Source: Candidatus Daviesbacteria bacterium (GTDB lineage Bacteria; Patescibacteriota; Microgenomatia; Daviesbacterales; UBA10151). Taken from it: DNA of 64,000 bases. Below the pieces are notes generated by a model. It was not told where the DNA came from and did not search any database. It worked only from the letters and a program-made list of their open reading frames with translations. A program made the position numbers and the translations under genes. The stretch spans positions 354,634 through 418,633 of the forward strand of contig JAQTZF010000001.1 in the NCBI GenBank assembly GCA_028687915.1. The letters run 5' to 3'. Of this stretch, positions 48,890 to 60,332 are shown piece after piece (position 1 is the stretch's first letter; each line of letters opens with the position of its first letter).

Positions 48890-51310
48890 ATGATTACAGA
48901 TTATTCAACATCACCTATAAAACTACCAGAAAGATTACCTATTGGACCTTTACGAGATACTGTAATGTTTCCTGAAACTACCTTACCAATTGTGTCTGGC
49001 AGATCTAAGTCAAAAGCTGCTTTGGATCAAGCCTGGGCAACAGATAGATTGGTAGTATTCGTTACTCAAAAAAATAGTAAAATTGAAGACCCAGAAGCAA
49101 AAGACTTATTTCAAGTTGGTACAGTTTGTTTGCTTAAGCGCATGATTAAGAACCCAGAAGGAGACTATACTGTCTCTGCTGAAGGGTTAACAAGAGTTTT
49201 CATAAAGAAAATTGCCCAAGCCGGCTCATATTTAGAAGCAGAAGTTGAAGAGATTCCTCAATTATTTGAAAAGAACGAAGAAACTGAAGCTTTAGTCAGA
49301 ACTGTTCGTGAACAATTTAAAAAATATATTGAACTTGGAGGAAATCCAATGTTTGATCCTTCTGCTATACCTACCTGGACTGCAAATTGGGCAGTTATTA
49401 TTCAAAATGATGATCCAAACCTTTTGGTTAACTCGATTGCTCAGGCAATTGATTTTAAAGTAATTGATAAACAACAACTATTGGAGATGGTTTCAGCCAC
49501 AGATAGATTACAACGACTCTCTGAATTACTTGCCAAAGAAGTAAAAATCTTAGAGATCTCACAAAACATTTCATCTAAAACTCAGGAAAGAGTTTCTAAG
49601 ATGACCCGTGAGGCAATTTTACGAGAGCAAATGAAGAGTATTGAAGAAGAACTTGGTTCCAATGAAGAAAATCAAGAAATCCGTGAATTTGAATTAAAGA
49701 TCAAAAAGTCTGGTATGCCAAAAGAGGTTCGGGAGAAAGCTATTAAAGAATTAGCTGGTTTAGCTAAAATGTCTTCCTTAAATCCGGAAGCTTCATATAA
49801 AAGAAACTATTTGGAATGGTTAACAGATTTACCCTGGAAAGTTACAGATGGTAAAAAAGTTGATCTTAAAAAAGCAGAAGGTGTTTTGGATGAAGATCAT
49901 TATGGGTTGAAAAAAGTTAAAGAAAGAATTTTAGAATATTTAGCTGTTCATAAGTTGTCTGGTAAAGTTAAAGGTCCAATTCTTTGTTTTGCAGGTCCTC
50001 CAGGAACCGGTAAAACCTCTATTGGTAAATCAATTGCCCGTGCTTTAGGCCGTAAATTTGTAAAAGTTTCTTTGGGAGGAATTAGAGATGAAGCTGAAAT
50101 TAGAGGACACAGAAGAACTTATGTAGGATCTATGCCAGGAAGAATTATACAAGCTGTTAAACAAGCGGGTACCACAAATCCTGTATTTATGCTGGATGAG
50201 ATAGATAAAATTGGGGCAGATTACCGTGGTGATCCTTCAGCTGCTTTGCTTGAGGCACTTGATCCAGAACAAAATGATGCCTTCTCTGATCATTATTTAG
50301 AAGTACCATTTGATTTGTCTAATGTTATGTTTATTACTACAGCCAATATGTTGGATACTATTCCACCAGCTCTTCGGGATAGGTTAGAAATTATCAGATA
50401 TCCTGGATATACTACGGAAGAAAAATTCCACATTGCTACTAAATTTTTAATTCCTAAGCAGATTGAAAATCATGGTTTAAAAAATAAGCAGATTGATTTT
50501 AACCAGGATGCAATTCGAAATATTATTGAAAATTATACAAGAGAAGCTGGAGTTAGAAGTTTAGAAAGAGAAATCTCATCAGTTATTAGAAAAATTGCTC
50601 GAAAAATTGCAGAAGGCGATAAAGGAAAGAAATTTGTAATTGATTCTGATCAGATTGTTAAATTACTTGGTCCAGCCAAATTTACACCACAGTTAGCTGA
50701 GGTAGAAGATTCAGTTGGTACAAGTACTGGTATGGCATGGACAGAAGCAGGAGGGGATATATTATTTAACGAGGTAACTATAATGCCTGGAAGAGGACAA
50801 CTACTTTTAACCGGACAATTGGGTGACGTAATGAAAGAATCTGCTCAAGCTGCTATGTCATATGTAAGGTCTCATTGGAAAGAATTAGGGTTAGCAGAAA
50901 AGTTTTATCATAAGATTGATATTCATGTTCATGTACCAGAGGGAGCTGTGCCAAAAGACGGACCATCTGCTGGAATTGCTTTAACTACAGCAATAATTTC
51001 TGCTTTAACAAAAATCCCAGTTCATAAAGATGTATCAATGACAGGGGAAGTAACTTTAAGAGGAAGAGTACTTGAAATTGGTGGATTAAAGGAAAAAGTA
51101 TTAGCAGCACACAGAGCAGGAGTAAAAACAATTATTGCTCCAGATGGTAATAAAAAAGATTTGGAAGATATTCCTGAAAATGTTCAAAAAGACTTAAAGT
51201 TTGTTTTTGTTAAATGCATGGATGATGTATTGGAGGTTGCTTTAACCAGACTTCCAACGCCGGTATCTTTTAAAATTCCCGTAAAAACTGTTTATCCTGC
51301 AGTAGCTTAA
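48890..51310 (+). CDS. lon: endopeptidase La
   Basis: LON N-domain, [22 protein letters not shown]. Confidence 0.97.
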   Translation: MITDYSTSPIKLPERLPIGPLRDTVMFPETTLPIVSGRSKSKAALDQAWATDRLVVFVTQKNSKIEDPEAKDLFQVGTVCLLKRMIKNPEGDYTVSAEGLTRVFIKKIAQAGSYLEAEVEEIPQLFEKNEETEALVRTVREQFKKYIELGGNPMFDPSAIPTWTANWAVIIQNDDPNLLVNSIAQAIDFKVIDKQQLLEMVSATDRLQRLSELLAKEVKILEISQNISSKTQERVSKMTREAILREQMKSIEEELGSNEENQEIREFELKIKKSGMPKEVREKAIKELAGLAKMSSLNPEASYKRNYLEWLTDLPWKVTDGKKVDLKKAEGVLDEDHYGLKKVKERILEYLAVHKLSGKVKGPILCFAGPPGTGKTSIGKSIARALGRKFVKVSLGGIRDEAEIRGHRRTYVGSMPGRIIQAVKQAGTTNPVFMLDEIDKIGADYRGDPSAALLEALDPEQNDAFSDHYLEVPFDLSNVMFITTANMLDTIPPALRDRLEIIRYPGYTTEEKFHIATKFLIPKQIENHGLKNKQIDFNQDAIRNIIENYTREAGVRSLEREISSVIRKIARKIAEGDKGKKFVIDSDQIVKLLGPAKFTPQLAEVEDSVGTSTGMAWTEAGGDILFNEVTIMPGRGQLLLTGQLGDVMKESAQAAMSYVRSHWKELGLAEKFYHKIDIHVHVPEGAVPKDGPSAGIALTTAIISALTKIPVHKDVSMTGEVTLRGRVLEIGGLKEKVLAAHRAGVKTIIAPDGNKKDLEDIPENVQKDLKFVFVKCMDDVLEVALTRLPTPVSFKIPVKTVYPAVA

Positions 51311-51355
51311 CTCTAACTAGTTGCAACTTAAGAATTAGGTTACTACAATGCAGCC

Positions 51356-52705
51356 ATGGAAACCCCTGTTGATTACTCTAAAATTATAGAGCGTTTAGAT
51401 ATAAGTATTGATCCTAAGTTTGCAGACGAGGATTTAAAGGTGGGCTTGCGATACTCAACTTTATCCCGATGGATTAAAGATAATGAGATCTACGGGGAAG
51501 CATTAAATTATCTGCCAATACTTAGATTATCTGATGTTAAATCTTTGAGTTTACTTACAGCTGTGGATTCTTTTATTCCTTCGCGTCGCATTACGAGTTT
51601 TGGTCATACTCGTTATGCGCATAGTTTAGAGGTTGCTTTAGTAAGTGAAGAAATTTTGAAACGAAGCGATTTACCTAAGGCTGAAGTTAAAAAGGGGATA
51701 GTTGCGGGTTTAATTCATGATATTGCTACACCTGCACTAGGAAATCCTGTTATGGATATTGACCCTGTAAACTTAAACGAGGAAGACCATTGGCTTGAGG
51801 TTGTAGATAATGAAAGAGGTAATAGCTTTTTTAATAGGCATAAATTAGCAAAAAGTGAACTGGATGCGATCATTCATAATAAGGGTCATTTAGGGAAAGT
51901 TTTAGATATTGCTGACCGTATTGTTTATGTAGGTGATGATGCACATGCTTTATTTGGGCAAGTTAAATACTATCAGGAGTCTAGGGAGGTCGATAAACAT
52001 TTAGAGGGAATTTATATGCTTTTGCGGGAAGATCCAGAAGTTTGTGATGTTTATCAAGATGTTTGTGTCAATCTAGAAAAAGGCGAGGTGTCTTTTCAAG
52101 ATCCCGAAAGGCTTTACCGTTTTTTAAAACTACGTGCTTTGCTTACAAAAAAGATTTATCAACACCCTTTAAATCAAGCGCGCGACAGACTTGCATCTAT
52201 TCTTATTACTCCATTTTATACTGCTGAAAGAAATGCCTCTTCAGACAAATTAACACCAGCCAGGCTCAGGAGGATGACTGATAATGATCTAATAGCCTAT
52301 CTAAATAAAGTGTATATGGGTAGCATCAACTATCTATTAAATGATGTTTCTTTTTCATTTGTTGATACTAGTTTATGGCCAGCAAGGTTCCAAGAATTTA
52401 CATCTTTAAAAGATGCTGGAAAGTTTATGAATGAAGTTCACCAACAAAAGAATTTAGTTGCTTTAGGAGATATAAAGGTTGTTAATGGTTTTAATACAGC
52501 TACATCTTATTTGGTAAAAGAAGGTGCTGGAAAGACTAGACCTTATTTTTTGGTTGACCCTCAGGGGGCAGAGGAGATAGGAGAAATAGAAAAGTCTAGT
52601 CATGGAATTTATGTTTTATATGTTAATTTGGAAGAACATTCACCAATTAATGAGATATTAAAAAGAAAAAGAGAGATGTTTGGAGGCTATCCTAATTTAA
52701 TTTGA
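51356..52705 (+). CDS. HD-domain protein, SAMHD1/dNTP-triphosphohydrolase-like
   Basis: LRLSDVKSL, HTRYAHSL, IHDIA, DIADRIVY. Confidence 0.7.
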   Translation: METPVDYSKIIERLDISIDPKFADEDLKVGLRYSTLSRWIKDNEIYGEALNYLPILRLSDVKSLSLLTAVDSFIPSRRITSFGHTRYAHSLEVALVSEEILKRSDLPKAEVKKGIVAGLIHDIATPALGNPVMDIDPVNLNEEDHWLEVVDNERGNSFFNRHKLAKSELDAIIHNKGHLGKVLDIADRIVYVGDDAHALFGQVKYYQESREVDKHLEGIYMLLREDPEVCDVYQDVCVNLEKGEVSFQDPERLYRFLKLRALLTKKIYQHPLNQARDRLASILITPFYTAERNASSDKLTPARLRRMTDNDLIAYLNKVYMGSINYLLNDVSFSFVDTSLWPARFQEFTSLKDAGKFMNEVHQQKNLVALGDIKVVNGFNTATSYLVKEGAGKTRPYFLVDPQGAEEIGEIEKSSHGIYVLYVNLEEHSPINEILKRKREMFGGYPNLI

Positions 52706-52745
52706 TCCTTGACTAATTAGCCTCACCCATAGTAAATTAAGGGTC

Positions 52746-54749
52746 ATGGATCTGATTTTAAACAATATGAACCTGCTTATTTGGGGCTGTTCTGGCGCCG
52801 CTTTACTTTATGGATTAATTTTAAGTATTTGGATTTTAAAACTTCCGGATGGTGACGAGAAGATGAAAGAGATCGCTTCAGCCATTCAAGAAGGTGCAGC
52901 AGCATATTTAATGAAACAATACACAACTGTTTCAATAGTGGCTGTTGTTATAACTGCTGCAATTTACTTTTTCTTGGGACTTCCTTCTGCAATTGGTTTT
53001 CTTATTGGGGCAATTTTTTCAGCATTGGCTGGATATATTGGTATGAATGTGGCTGTTCGAGCAAACATCAGATGTGCAGAAGCTGCAAAATCTGGTTTAT
53101 CTCAAGCCTTTGATGTAGCTTACAAAGGTGGAGCAGTAACTGGATTTTTAGTAGTAGGACTTGCTTTGGCTGCAGTATATGGTTTTTATCAAAACACCGG
53201 AGACCTTAAAGCATTAATTTCACTTGGTTTTGGAGGATCTCTAATTTCTGTTTTTGCTAGGTTAGGTGGAGGAATTTTCACTAAAGGAGCAGATGTTGGA
53301 ACTGACATGGTTGGTAAAATCGAAGCTGGAATTCCAGAGGATGATCCTCGAAATCCAGGCGTTATTGCTGATTTAGTTGGTGATAATGTTGGAGATGATG
53401 CTGGTATGGCAGCAGATATTTTTGAAACATATGTTGTTACAGCTATTGCAGCACTTCTTCTGGGAGATTTATTAATTCCAGGATTTCAAAATGCTATTTA
53501 TTTCCCACTCGCAATTTTATCAGTTGCTATTTTAACCTCAATTATTGGTAGTTTGTTTGTTAAATTAAGTGGTAAAAGAATTATGGGTGCTTTATATCAG
53601 GGATTAATTGTGACTGTTGTTTTATCTATTATTGCTTTTTACCCAATTACTACTATATTAATGGCTGATAATGGTTTGTACTCTACTCTTAATTTGTACC
53701 TTGCTTCTTTAGTTGGGATCTTAGTTACTGCTGGAATGTTTGTGATTGTTGAATATTACACTGGAACCAAATATAGTCCAGTTAAACTTTTAGCAGCAGC
53801 TTCTGGCACAGGACATGGTACAAATGTAATTGCTGGTTTAGCTTTATCTATGAAATCTACATTTGCTCCAATATTATTAATTTCAATCGCAATCTTCTTA
53901 AGTTATGGATTAGCCGGACTTTATGGTATTGCTGTTGCAGCAGTTGCTATGTTGTCTATGGCAGGTATTGTGGTTGCAATAGATGCTTTTGGTCCTATTA
54001 CTGATAATGCTGGAGGGATTGCAGAAATGGCAGGTCTTCCAGAAAAAGTTAGAAATAACACAGATCCTTTAGATGCTGTTGGAAATACCACCAAAGCTGT
54101 TACCAAAGGATACGCTATTGCTTCAGCAGGACTCGCAGCATTAGTTTTGTTCTCTTCTTATGCACAAGAATTTGCAAACCTTGGAAATAATTTAACTTTC
54201 GCACTAGATGATCCTAGAGTAGTAATAGGTTTGTTTATTGGTGGAGCAATGCCATATCTTTTTGGTTCACTTGCAATGGAAGCAGTAGGAGTTGCAGGTG
54301 GGGCAGTGGTCACAGAAGTCAGACGTCAATTTAAATCCATTAAGGGAATAATGGAAGGTAAAGCAAAGCCGGATTATGCAGCCTGTGTCTCAATTGTGAC
54401 AGCAACAGCTCAAAAACAAATGATTGTTCCAGCCTTAATTCCGGTACTAGCTCCATTTATAATTGGTAAACTCTTAGGACCAGTTGCTTTGGGAGGATTC
54501 TTGATGGGAACTATTATTACAGGATTATTTGTGGCTCTTTCTATGACCACAGGAGGTGCTGCTTGGGATAATGCTAAAAAGTATATTGAATTAGGTAATC
54601 TAGGTGGTAAAGGTTCTCCGGCCCATCAAGCAGCAGTTACAGGAGATACTGTAGGTGATCCTTATAAAGATACAGCAGGACCAGCTATTAACCCAATGAT
54701 TAAAGTTGCAAATATTGTAGCTCTTCTGCTTGTGCCTTTCTTAATGTAG
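52746..54749 (+). CDS. hppA: membrane-integral pyrophosphatase, probably K+-independent H+-pumping
   Basis: [33 protein letters not shown] (Lys), [10 protein letters not shown]. Confidence 0.93.
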   Translation: MDLILNNMNLLIWGCSGAALLYGLILSIWILKLPDGDEKMKEIASAIQEGAAAYLMKQYTTVSIVAVVITAAIYFFLGLPSAIGFLIGAIFSALAGYIGMNVAVRANIRCAEAAKSGLSQAFDVAYKGGAVTGFLVVGLALAAVYGFYQNTGDLKALISLGFGGSLISVFARLGGGIFTKGADVGTDMVGKIEAGIPEDDPRNPGVIADLVGDNVGDDAGMAADIFETYVVTAIAALLLGDLLIPGFQNAIYFPLAILSVAILTSIIGSLFVKLSGKRIMGALYQGLIVTVVLSIIAFYPITTILMADNGLYSTLNLYLASLVGILVTAGMFVIVEYYTGTKYSPVKLLAAASGTGHGTNVIAGLALSMKSTFAPILLISIAIFLSYGLAGLYGIAVAAVAMLSMAGIVVAIDAFGPITDNAGGIAEMAGLPEKVRNNTDPLDAVGNTTKAVTKGYAIASAGLAALVLFSSYAQEFANLGNNLTFALDDPRVVIGLFIGGAMPYLFGSLAMEAVGVAGGAVVTEVRRQFKSIKGIMEGKAKPDYAACVSIVTATAQKQMIVPALIPVLAPFIIGKLLGPVALGGFLMGTIITGLFVALSMTTGGAAWDNAKKYIELGNLGGKGSPAHQAAVTGDTVGDPYKDTAGPAINPMIKVANIVALLLVPFLM

Positions 54750-54754
54750 TTTTT

Positions 54755-55057
54755 ATGGAGATTTATAAACCTCTAGATGAGCCTTGCGATTTATGCAAGA
54801 ATTGGCGTCCAGTTACGGAAGTGTGCCCAGGTATTGTTGATCGAATTCCAGATATAACAGGGCATATGTGTTCCCAGAATATATTAAATAGGCAGTTTTG
54901 TAGTTGGAGTATTATTTCACGTTTTGAACCTTTAGAGGAAATAACATTTGAGCAACTTAAAGGTCATTTAACAGATGATGTAATTGAAGGTGTCAAGAAG
55001 GGTATTACTGAAAACAGACGCATTAACAATCCTCTCAAAGTTATATTTGGGCAATAA
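54755..55057 (+). CDS. Cys-rich hypothetical protein
   Basis: 100 aa ORF 5 nt after hppA; CxxC plus three further Cys. Confidence 0.55.
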   Translation: MEIYKPLDEPCDLCKNWRPVTEVCPGIVDRIPDITGHMCSQNILNRQFCSWSIISRFEPLEEITFEQLKGHLTDDVIEGVKKGITENRRINNPLKVIFGQ

Positions 55058-55072
55058 TAAGTTCTCTATTCT

Positions 55073-55459
55073 TTAATTTGCTTGGGGTTTGCGTGCTAAG
55101 ATATTTTTAACTTCCTGAGCTATTTGATCCGGGGTGTATGAAGCCTTAATAAAATACCCTTGTGCACCTAATGTAAAAGCCTCTTTTATAACTTCATCTT
55201 GTCCTAAGTTGGTAAGCAATATTACCAATATGTCTTTTGTTTCAGGAGATTGTTTTAATTGTTTAAGGATCTCTAGTCCATTCAAATCGGGCAACATTAC
55301 GTCAAGCAGGATAATATCGTATTTTGTATGTTTGGTAGATTCTATACCGTCTTTACCATTGCCAAAGCCTACCACAGAAATACCAGATTTTTCCAACTGT
55401 CTTTTATAGATATCACGGATGAATTGTTCGTCCTCAATAATAAGTGCTTTTGGTTGCAT
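55073..55459 (-). CDS. single-domain response regulator
   Basis: IEDE, LLDVMLP, LTN, IKA. Confidence 0.92.
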   Translation of the reverse strand: MQPKALIIEDEQFIRDIYKRQLEKSGISVVGFGNGKDGIESTKHTKYDIILLDVMLPDLNGLEILKQLKQSPETKDILVILLTNLGQDEVIKEAFTLGAQGYFIKASYTPDQIAQEVKNILARKPQAN

Positions 55460-55461
55460 AA

Positions 55462-55869
55462 TTAATCCAAGTCTAACTCTTTAAGATCCATTTGAAAAGA
55501 TGGATCTTCTAGGAATGGTTTAATTTTTTCAATTAATTGATATGGTGTCATACTCATTTTTAGTAAGTATCCTTGTGCCCCAAGATCAAAAGCTTGTTTA
55601 ACTACATCTTTTTGACCTAAATTAGTTACCAAAATTATGGGAATATTTTTAGTATCAGGATTTTCTTTTAACTTTTTTAAAACTTTAATACCATCAAGTT
55701 TTGGTAACATTATATCCAGCAATATTAAATTAAATGATTTATCAGCCAGGCGTACTCCTTCTTCTCCATCTGAGGCCAAAATCACTTCGAAATCATTATC
55801 TTTTAATATCTTCATATATAGTTGATTAATAAAGTAATCGTCTTCAATTAACAGGATTTTTTTATTCAT
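55462..55869 (-). CDS. single-domain response regulator
   Basis: IEDD, LLDIMLP, VTN, LK; start MNKK at 55869. Confidence 0.92.
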   Translation of the reverse strand: MNKKILLIEDDYFINQLYMKILKDNDFEVILASDGEEGVRLADKSFNLILLDIMLPKLDGIKVLKKLKENPDTKNIPIILVTNLGQKDVVKQAFDLGAQGYLLKMSMTPYQLIEKIKPFLEDPSFQMDLKELDLD

Positions 55870-55873
55870 AGTT

Positions 55874-57058
55874 TTAATTAGAAGGTTCGATTGGAAGTGA
55901 AAAGCTGAATGTTGATCCTTTTCCGGCTTCTGAATCAACCCATATTTTTCCATGATGCATTAAAGTAATTTCTTTAGAGATATATAACCCAAGTCCGGTA
56001 CCTTTAGATCCTTGTTCCAGTTTGCCGGAGACCCGGAAAAACTTGGTAAATAAATGTGGGATAGCTTCTTTGGGTATACCTTCACCTGTATCAGCAACAC
56101 TGGTAATAACTGAATCTTTATCAGGTGATAACTTTATAGAAACCTTAATTTTTCCTCCTGGTGGAGTATAAGCAATGGCATTAGAAAGTAAATTAGAAAT
56201 AACCTCAACTATTCTTAATTTATCAAGCATTAATTTAGGAATTGGAGATGTGGGTTTAATAAGAGTATATTCTAAGTTCTTTTCTTTGGCTCTTTCTGCA
56301 AATTGATCAAAAGTCTGCTTAACTATTTCTACCCAGTCTGTTGATACAGTGCTGACATTAAAAATTCCTCTTTCTATTTTTGAAACGTTTAGTAGGTTTT
56401 CAACTAAATCTAATAATTGTTCTGTTGAGATGCTAATTCTGGTTAAGAATGTATTTTGATCATCTGTAAATTTACCCTTATTTTCACTCATAAAAACTGA
56501 TAAATATCCTTTGATAGAAGTTAAGGGGGTACGAAGCTCATGAGCTGCCATTGAAACAAAATCTAACTTCATTGCTTCAAAACTTTTTAATTCTGTTATA
56601 TCGTGCAAGGTTATAATGCATCCCAAATCTGCTTTATCTCCACCTTTAATTTGATTTGAAATAAGGTTTACTACTCCTTGTTTATTTTTAAATGACATAA
56701 ATTTAACTTCATCTTTTTTAAATGTTGGAACGTCACTTGTCTTATCTGTTGTAATAAATTGAGTAAGTGGTATTTCAATATTATCCTGATACAATTTTAA
56801 GATTTGAGTAATTGATTGGTTTTGTACTTCCTGAAAAGTTGCGCCAGTTAATTTTTCTGCGGCAGGATTAAATAAAATAATTTTTCCATTAGAATCTAAA
56901 GCTATGACGGGGTCTGAAATTGCAGATAAAATTAATGCCAGCTTATTGCTGGTATCACATAGTTCTGCTTTTTCATTAGTTTGTTCTGCTGTTTTTTTAT
57001 CTGTAGCTGGAACAGTTTTTGAAGAGTTTTTAAAAAGTAATTTGCCAAAATTAAACAT
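55874..57058 (-). CDS. soluble PAS-domain histidine kinase
   Basis: PAS FNPAAEKLTG, HELRTP, NLLSNA, DTGEG, GTGLGL; no TM. Confidence 0.93.
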   Translation of the reverse strand: MFNFGKLLFKNSSKTVPATDKKTAEQTNEKAELCDTSNKLALILSAISDPVIALDSNGKIILFNPAAEKLTGATFQEVQNQSITQILKLYQDNIEIPLTQFITTDKTSDVPTFKKDEVKFMSFKNKQGVVNLISNQIKGGDKADLGCIITLHDITELKSFEAMKLDFVSMAAHELRTPLTSIKGYLSVFMSENKGKFTDDQNTFLTRISISTEQLLDLVENLLNVSKIERGIFNVSTVSTDWVEIVKQTFDQFAERAKEKNLEYTLIKPTSPIPKLMLDKLRIVEVISNLLSNAIAYTPPGGKIKVSIKLSPDKDSVITSVADTGEGIPKEAIPHLFTKFFRVSGKLEQGSKGTGLGLYISKEITLMHHGKIWVDSEAGKGSTFSFSLPIEPSN

Positions 57059-57088
57059 AAAGTATTTATTTATCTTAGCATAAGTATG

Positions 57089-57460
57089 CTATTTGTTAAT
57101 ATAGAGAGCTCCTTTTACATACTCTGCAATTTGTTCAGGAGTATGGTCTGGTTTAACAAGGTAGCCGCTTATATGTAATTTATATGCTTCCTCTATGACT
57201 TGATCGTCTGCACATTCAGTTAGAATTACCATTGGTGCTTTGTTATCCGGAAAATGATTTCTAATTGTTTTAATAAAATTTAACCCATGCATATCAGGCA
57301 ACATAATGTTTAATAAAATTAAGTTATAAGTATCTTCATTTAGTTTTTTTATTCCTTCAATTCCTCCTTTGGCGTGATGCACCTGAAAACCTTTTGATGA
57401 CAATGACTCTTCATATTTTCTGGCATCTTCCACATTATTTTCAATAATTAAAATCTTCAT
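57089..57460 (-). CDS. atypical (pseudo-)receiver domain protein
   Basis: Receiver fold but IENN and LLNIMLP replace EDD and the phospho-Asp. Confidence 0.85.
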   Translation of the reverse strand: MKILIIENNVEDARKYEESLSSKGFQVHHAKGGIEGIKKLNEDTYNLILLNIMLPDMHGLNFIKTIRNHFPDNKAPMVILTECADDQVIEEAYKLHISGYLVKPDHTPEQIAEYVKGALYINK

Positions 57461-59956
57461 TTAGTAAATATCGTCCTTTTTTATTCTTGTTTTCATAATT
57501 AACTCAAAAATTTCTATGAGAGTTATTGAAATTAGGGATGAAATAATTGCAATTAATATTCCGTTGGTATTAAGCTCGGAAAATAAAAATAAATTTCTTA
57601 GTCCTGGAATTAAAATCGTCGCTAATAAAAGAGTGATAGTTCCTAGTGTAATAAGCTTTATGGATTTGGTAGCGCTAATAAAACTATGTAAGATATTTTT
57701 TGGTCCGTTAATGTTAGCAAACATAGCTCCAATATTTGATAAGATTAAACAGACAAAAGTTATAGTTCTAGTGGCACTATCTGTAAATCCAAGGTACCTG
57801 GTAAAGAAGATTACTCCCAGACAAATAGATAGAATTATTCCTCCCTGTATTATTGAATAATATAATGTTTTATTATCAAGAAAGGGTAGATTAAGTCTTC
57901 TTGGGTGTTTTAACATTGTATCTTTATCTGCTTCTGTTGTTTCAAAAGCTATAGCAGAAGAGGGGTCTATAAATAATTCCAGGAAAACTATGTGTAAGGG
58001 AAATAATATTAATGGTAAATGAAACAAGGGAGGGATTAAGGCAATTCCGGCAATTGGTACATGAATGGCTAGTGTATACATTACAGCTCTTTTAATATTG
58101 GTATAAATCCTTCTGCCAAGTGAAATAGCTTCAACTAAGGAAGAAAAATCTCCATTTAATAAAACTAGTGAGGCTGATTCTTTAGCTACATCAGTACTTC
58201 TTTGTCCCAGGGCAATTCCAATATGGGAAGCAGCTAGTGCTGGAGCATCATTTATACCATCTCCGGTCATAGCAACAATTTCACCATTAGCTTTTAAAGC
58301 ATTAACTATACGTAGTTTTTCCTCCGGGATAATTCTGGCAAATATACAGCTTGTAGCAACAACTTTTTGTAGCTCTGTATCAGACATCTTTGAAACTTCT
58401 TGACCGGTTACAACATCCTGTATATTCTCCAGCCCAATTTTATGTGCCACAAACTTTGCAGTTTCCGGATAATCTCCGGTTACCATTATTACCTTAATTC
58501 CAGCCTTGTGACAAACTTGTATAGCAGCTGGAACAGTTGGTCTTACCGGGTCAACCAAGCCAATAAGACCTAAAAATTTGTAATTAATTTCGTTTTGGGT
58601 TTTTGGTAAACTTGTACCTTCTGCTTTAGCAACAGCCAGAACTTTTAGACCTGTTGATGCCATCTCAGAGACCTGGAATATAAACTTTCTTTCATCTGTC
58701 TTTGATAATTTACATAATTTAATAATAGTTTCCGGTGCGCCTTTGGCAGAAAAAATATAATTTTTTGAGCCTTCTAGTTGCCAGACATTTGTTATAGCCA
58801 TAATTTCTTTAGAGAATGTATATTCTTTGATTAGTTCTTTATTTTCTATAATCTTTATATCCTGGTTTTTTGCTTTTTCTAGGATTGCAATTTCTACTGG
58901 ATCAAAAGTATTTTTGCGGGAAGCAGAAACTGCATATTCAAGAAGTTCTTGTTCTGAAGTATTCTCTTGATGAAAGAGTTCTGCAACAGACATCTTATTA
59001 AAAGTAACAGTGCCTGTTTTATCAACACAAAGTACAGTTGTTGCTCCCAGAGTCTCTATGGCTGGAATATCTTTAGTTAAAACTCCTTTTTTTGAAATTC
59101 TCCAGGCTCCAAGTGCTAAAAATACTGTCATAATTACTACGAATTCTTCTGGTAAGATAGATAAACTTAAAGTAATACCTGCAAGAAATCCTTCCATCCA
59201 ATTGTTTCTAATAACACCATAAATAATTACTACGACTAAACACAAAATTCCTCCTAATAAGGCTAATTTATAAATAAACTTGTTTGTTTCTTCTTGTAAG
59301 TGAGATTTTGTGCGCTTAATTTGAGATAAGGCTTTGCCTATTTTTCCAATTTCACTCTTAGGTCCTGTAAATATCACTTTGGCATAACAATGTCCTGTGG
59401 TGATAAGTGTTCCACTATATAAAAAAGGCAGATTTGGGCCACCAGGTCTTCTAATTGGGGTGATACTATTCCATACTGTCTTTGAAACAGCCAAAGATTC
59501 ACCGGTTAAAATAGATTCATCAACAGTCAAATTATTTGCATCTAATATTGCTGCATCTGCCGGAATCCTTTCACCTTCTGATAAAACTAAAATATCTTCC
59601 GGAACAATTTCTCTAGCTGGAATTGTCTTAATAATGCCTTCCCGGATTACCTTTGCCATTGGTTCTGATAACTCCTTTAAAGCAGCTAGTGCTTTTTCTG
59701 TTTTTTGGTTTTGATAAAAAGAAATAGCAACAATAATACAAATACTTCCAGATAAAGCTAAGGCTTCTTTAAAATCACCAAGAAAAAAGTATAAGGCAAC
59801 AGAAATAATTAACAGTATAAACATGGGTTCCTTTAAGGTGGAAATAAGGATAGAAAAAAACCCTTTCTTTTTATCCTGAGGTAAAGAGTTAAACCCTTCT
59901 ATCTCTAGCTTTTTTGCAGCCTCAGCTTCTGTTAAACCAATAAATTTTTCACTCAT
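57461..59956 (-). CDS. P2-type cation (Ca2+-like) transporting ATPase
   Basis: TGES, PEEF, DKTGT, KGAPE, GDGIND. Confidence 0.92.
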   Translation of the reverse strand: MSEKFIGLTEAEAAKKLEIEGFNSLPQDKKKGFFSILISTLKEPMFILLIISVALYFFLGDFKEALALSGSICIIVAISFYQNQKTEKALAALKELSEPMAKVIREGIIKTIPAREIVPEDILVLSEGERIPADAAILDANNLTVDESILTGESLAVSKTVWNSITPIRRPGGPNLPFLYSGTLITTGHCYAKVIFTGPKSEIGKIGKALSQIKRTKSHLQEETNKFIYKLALLGGILCLVVVIIYGVIRNNWMEGFLAGITLSLSILPEEFVVIMTVFLALGAWRISKKGVLTKDIPAIETLGATTVLCVDKTGTVTFNKMSVAELFHQENTSEQELLEYAVSASRKNTFDPVEIAILEKAKNQDIKIIENKELIKEYTFSKEIMAITNVWQLEGSKNYIFSAKGAPETIIKLCKLSKTDERKFIFQVSEMASTGLKVLAVAKAEGTSLPKTQNEINYKFLGLIGLVDPVRPTVPAAIQVCHKAGIKVIMVTGDYPETAKFVAHKIGLENIQDVVTGQEVSKMSDTELQKVVATSCIFARIIPEEKLRIVNALKANGEIVAMTGDGINDAPALAASHIGIALGQRSTDVAKESASLVLLNGDFSSLVEAISLGRRIYTNIKRAVMYTLAIHVPIAGIALIPPLFHLPLILFPLHIVFLELFIDPSSAIAFETTEADKDTMLKHPRRLNLPFLDNKTLYYSIIQGGIILSICLGVIFFTRYLGFTDSATRTITFVCLILSNIGAMFANINGPKNILHSFISATKSIKLITLGTITLLLATILIPGLRNLFLFSELNTNGILIAIISSLISITLIEIFELIMKTRIKKDDIY

Positions 59957-60018
59957 AAAGATATATACTTTTATTAGTGTAACATGGCTGATTTAAAGAG
60001 GGTAAGAAGCTTGTTTCT

Positions 60019-60164
60019 GTAGTGTACCCCAAGAGCATTCACTACTTCATAGTAGCGCGCCCTAAAGGCACTCACCACTACGTTGGTAGCGCGTACGGGA
60101 GTAGGGCTACCTCCCGACGTACGTCGGGACGATCCTGTCCCGATTAGAATCGGGATTGAACCTG
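60019..60164 (-). repeat. tRNA-Glu 3'-end duplicate with palindromic insert plus two degenerate 33-34 bp tandem units
   Basis: GTAGCGCGTACGGGAGT at 60086-60102 is identical to the tRNA 3' end; GTAG(C/T)G cores at 60019, 60052, 60086; TCCCGA..TCGGGA palindromes at about 60112-60155. Confidence 0.75.
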
Positions 60165-60210
60165 CTTAGCTCTGCGAGATGCGCATGCTTCTTGCCCAAA
60201 TACGGCAAAA

Positions 60211-60245
60211 AACAAAAAATCCCCCACAGGGGGTATTTTGTTTTT
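60211..60245 (-). terminator. terminator downstream of tRNA-Glu
   Basis: ACAAAAAATCCCC-CACA-GGGGTATTTTGT inverted repeat with A/T tails. Confidence 0.7.
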
Positions 60246-60246
60246 G

Positions 60247-60320
60247 TAGCGCGTACGGGAGTTGAACCCGTGATTTTCGGAATGAGAATCCGACGTCCTG
60301 GACCACTAGACGAACGCGCC
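60247..60320 (-). tRNA. tRNA-Glu(CTC), CCA not encoded
   Basis: GGCGCGTTCGTCTAGTGGTCCAGGACGTCGGATTCTCATTCCGAAAATCACGGGTTCAACTCCCGTACGCGCTA folds as a cloverleaf. Confidence 0.93.
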
Positions 60321-60332
60321 ATATTTCTGATT

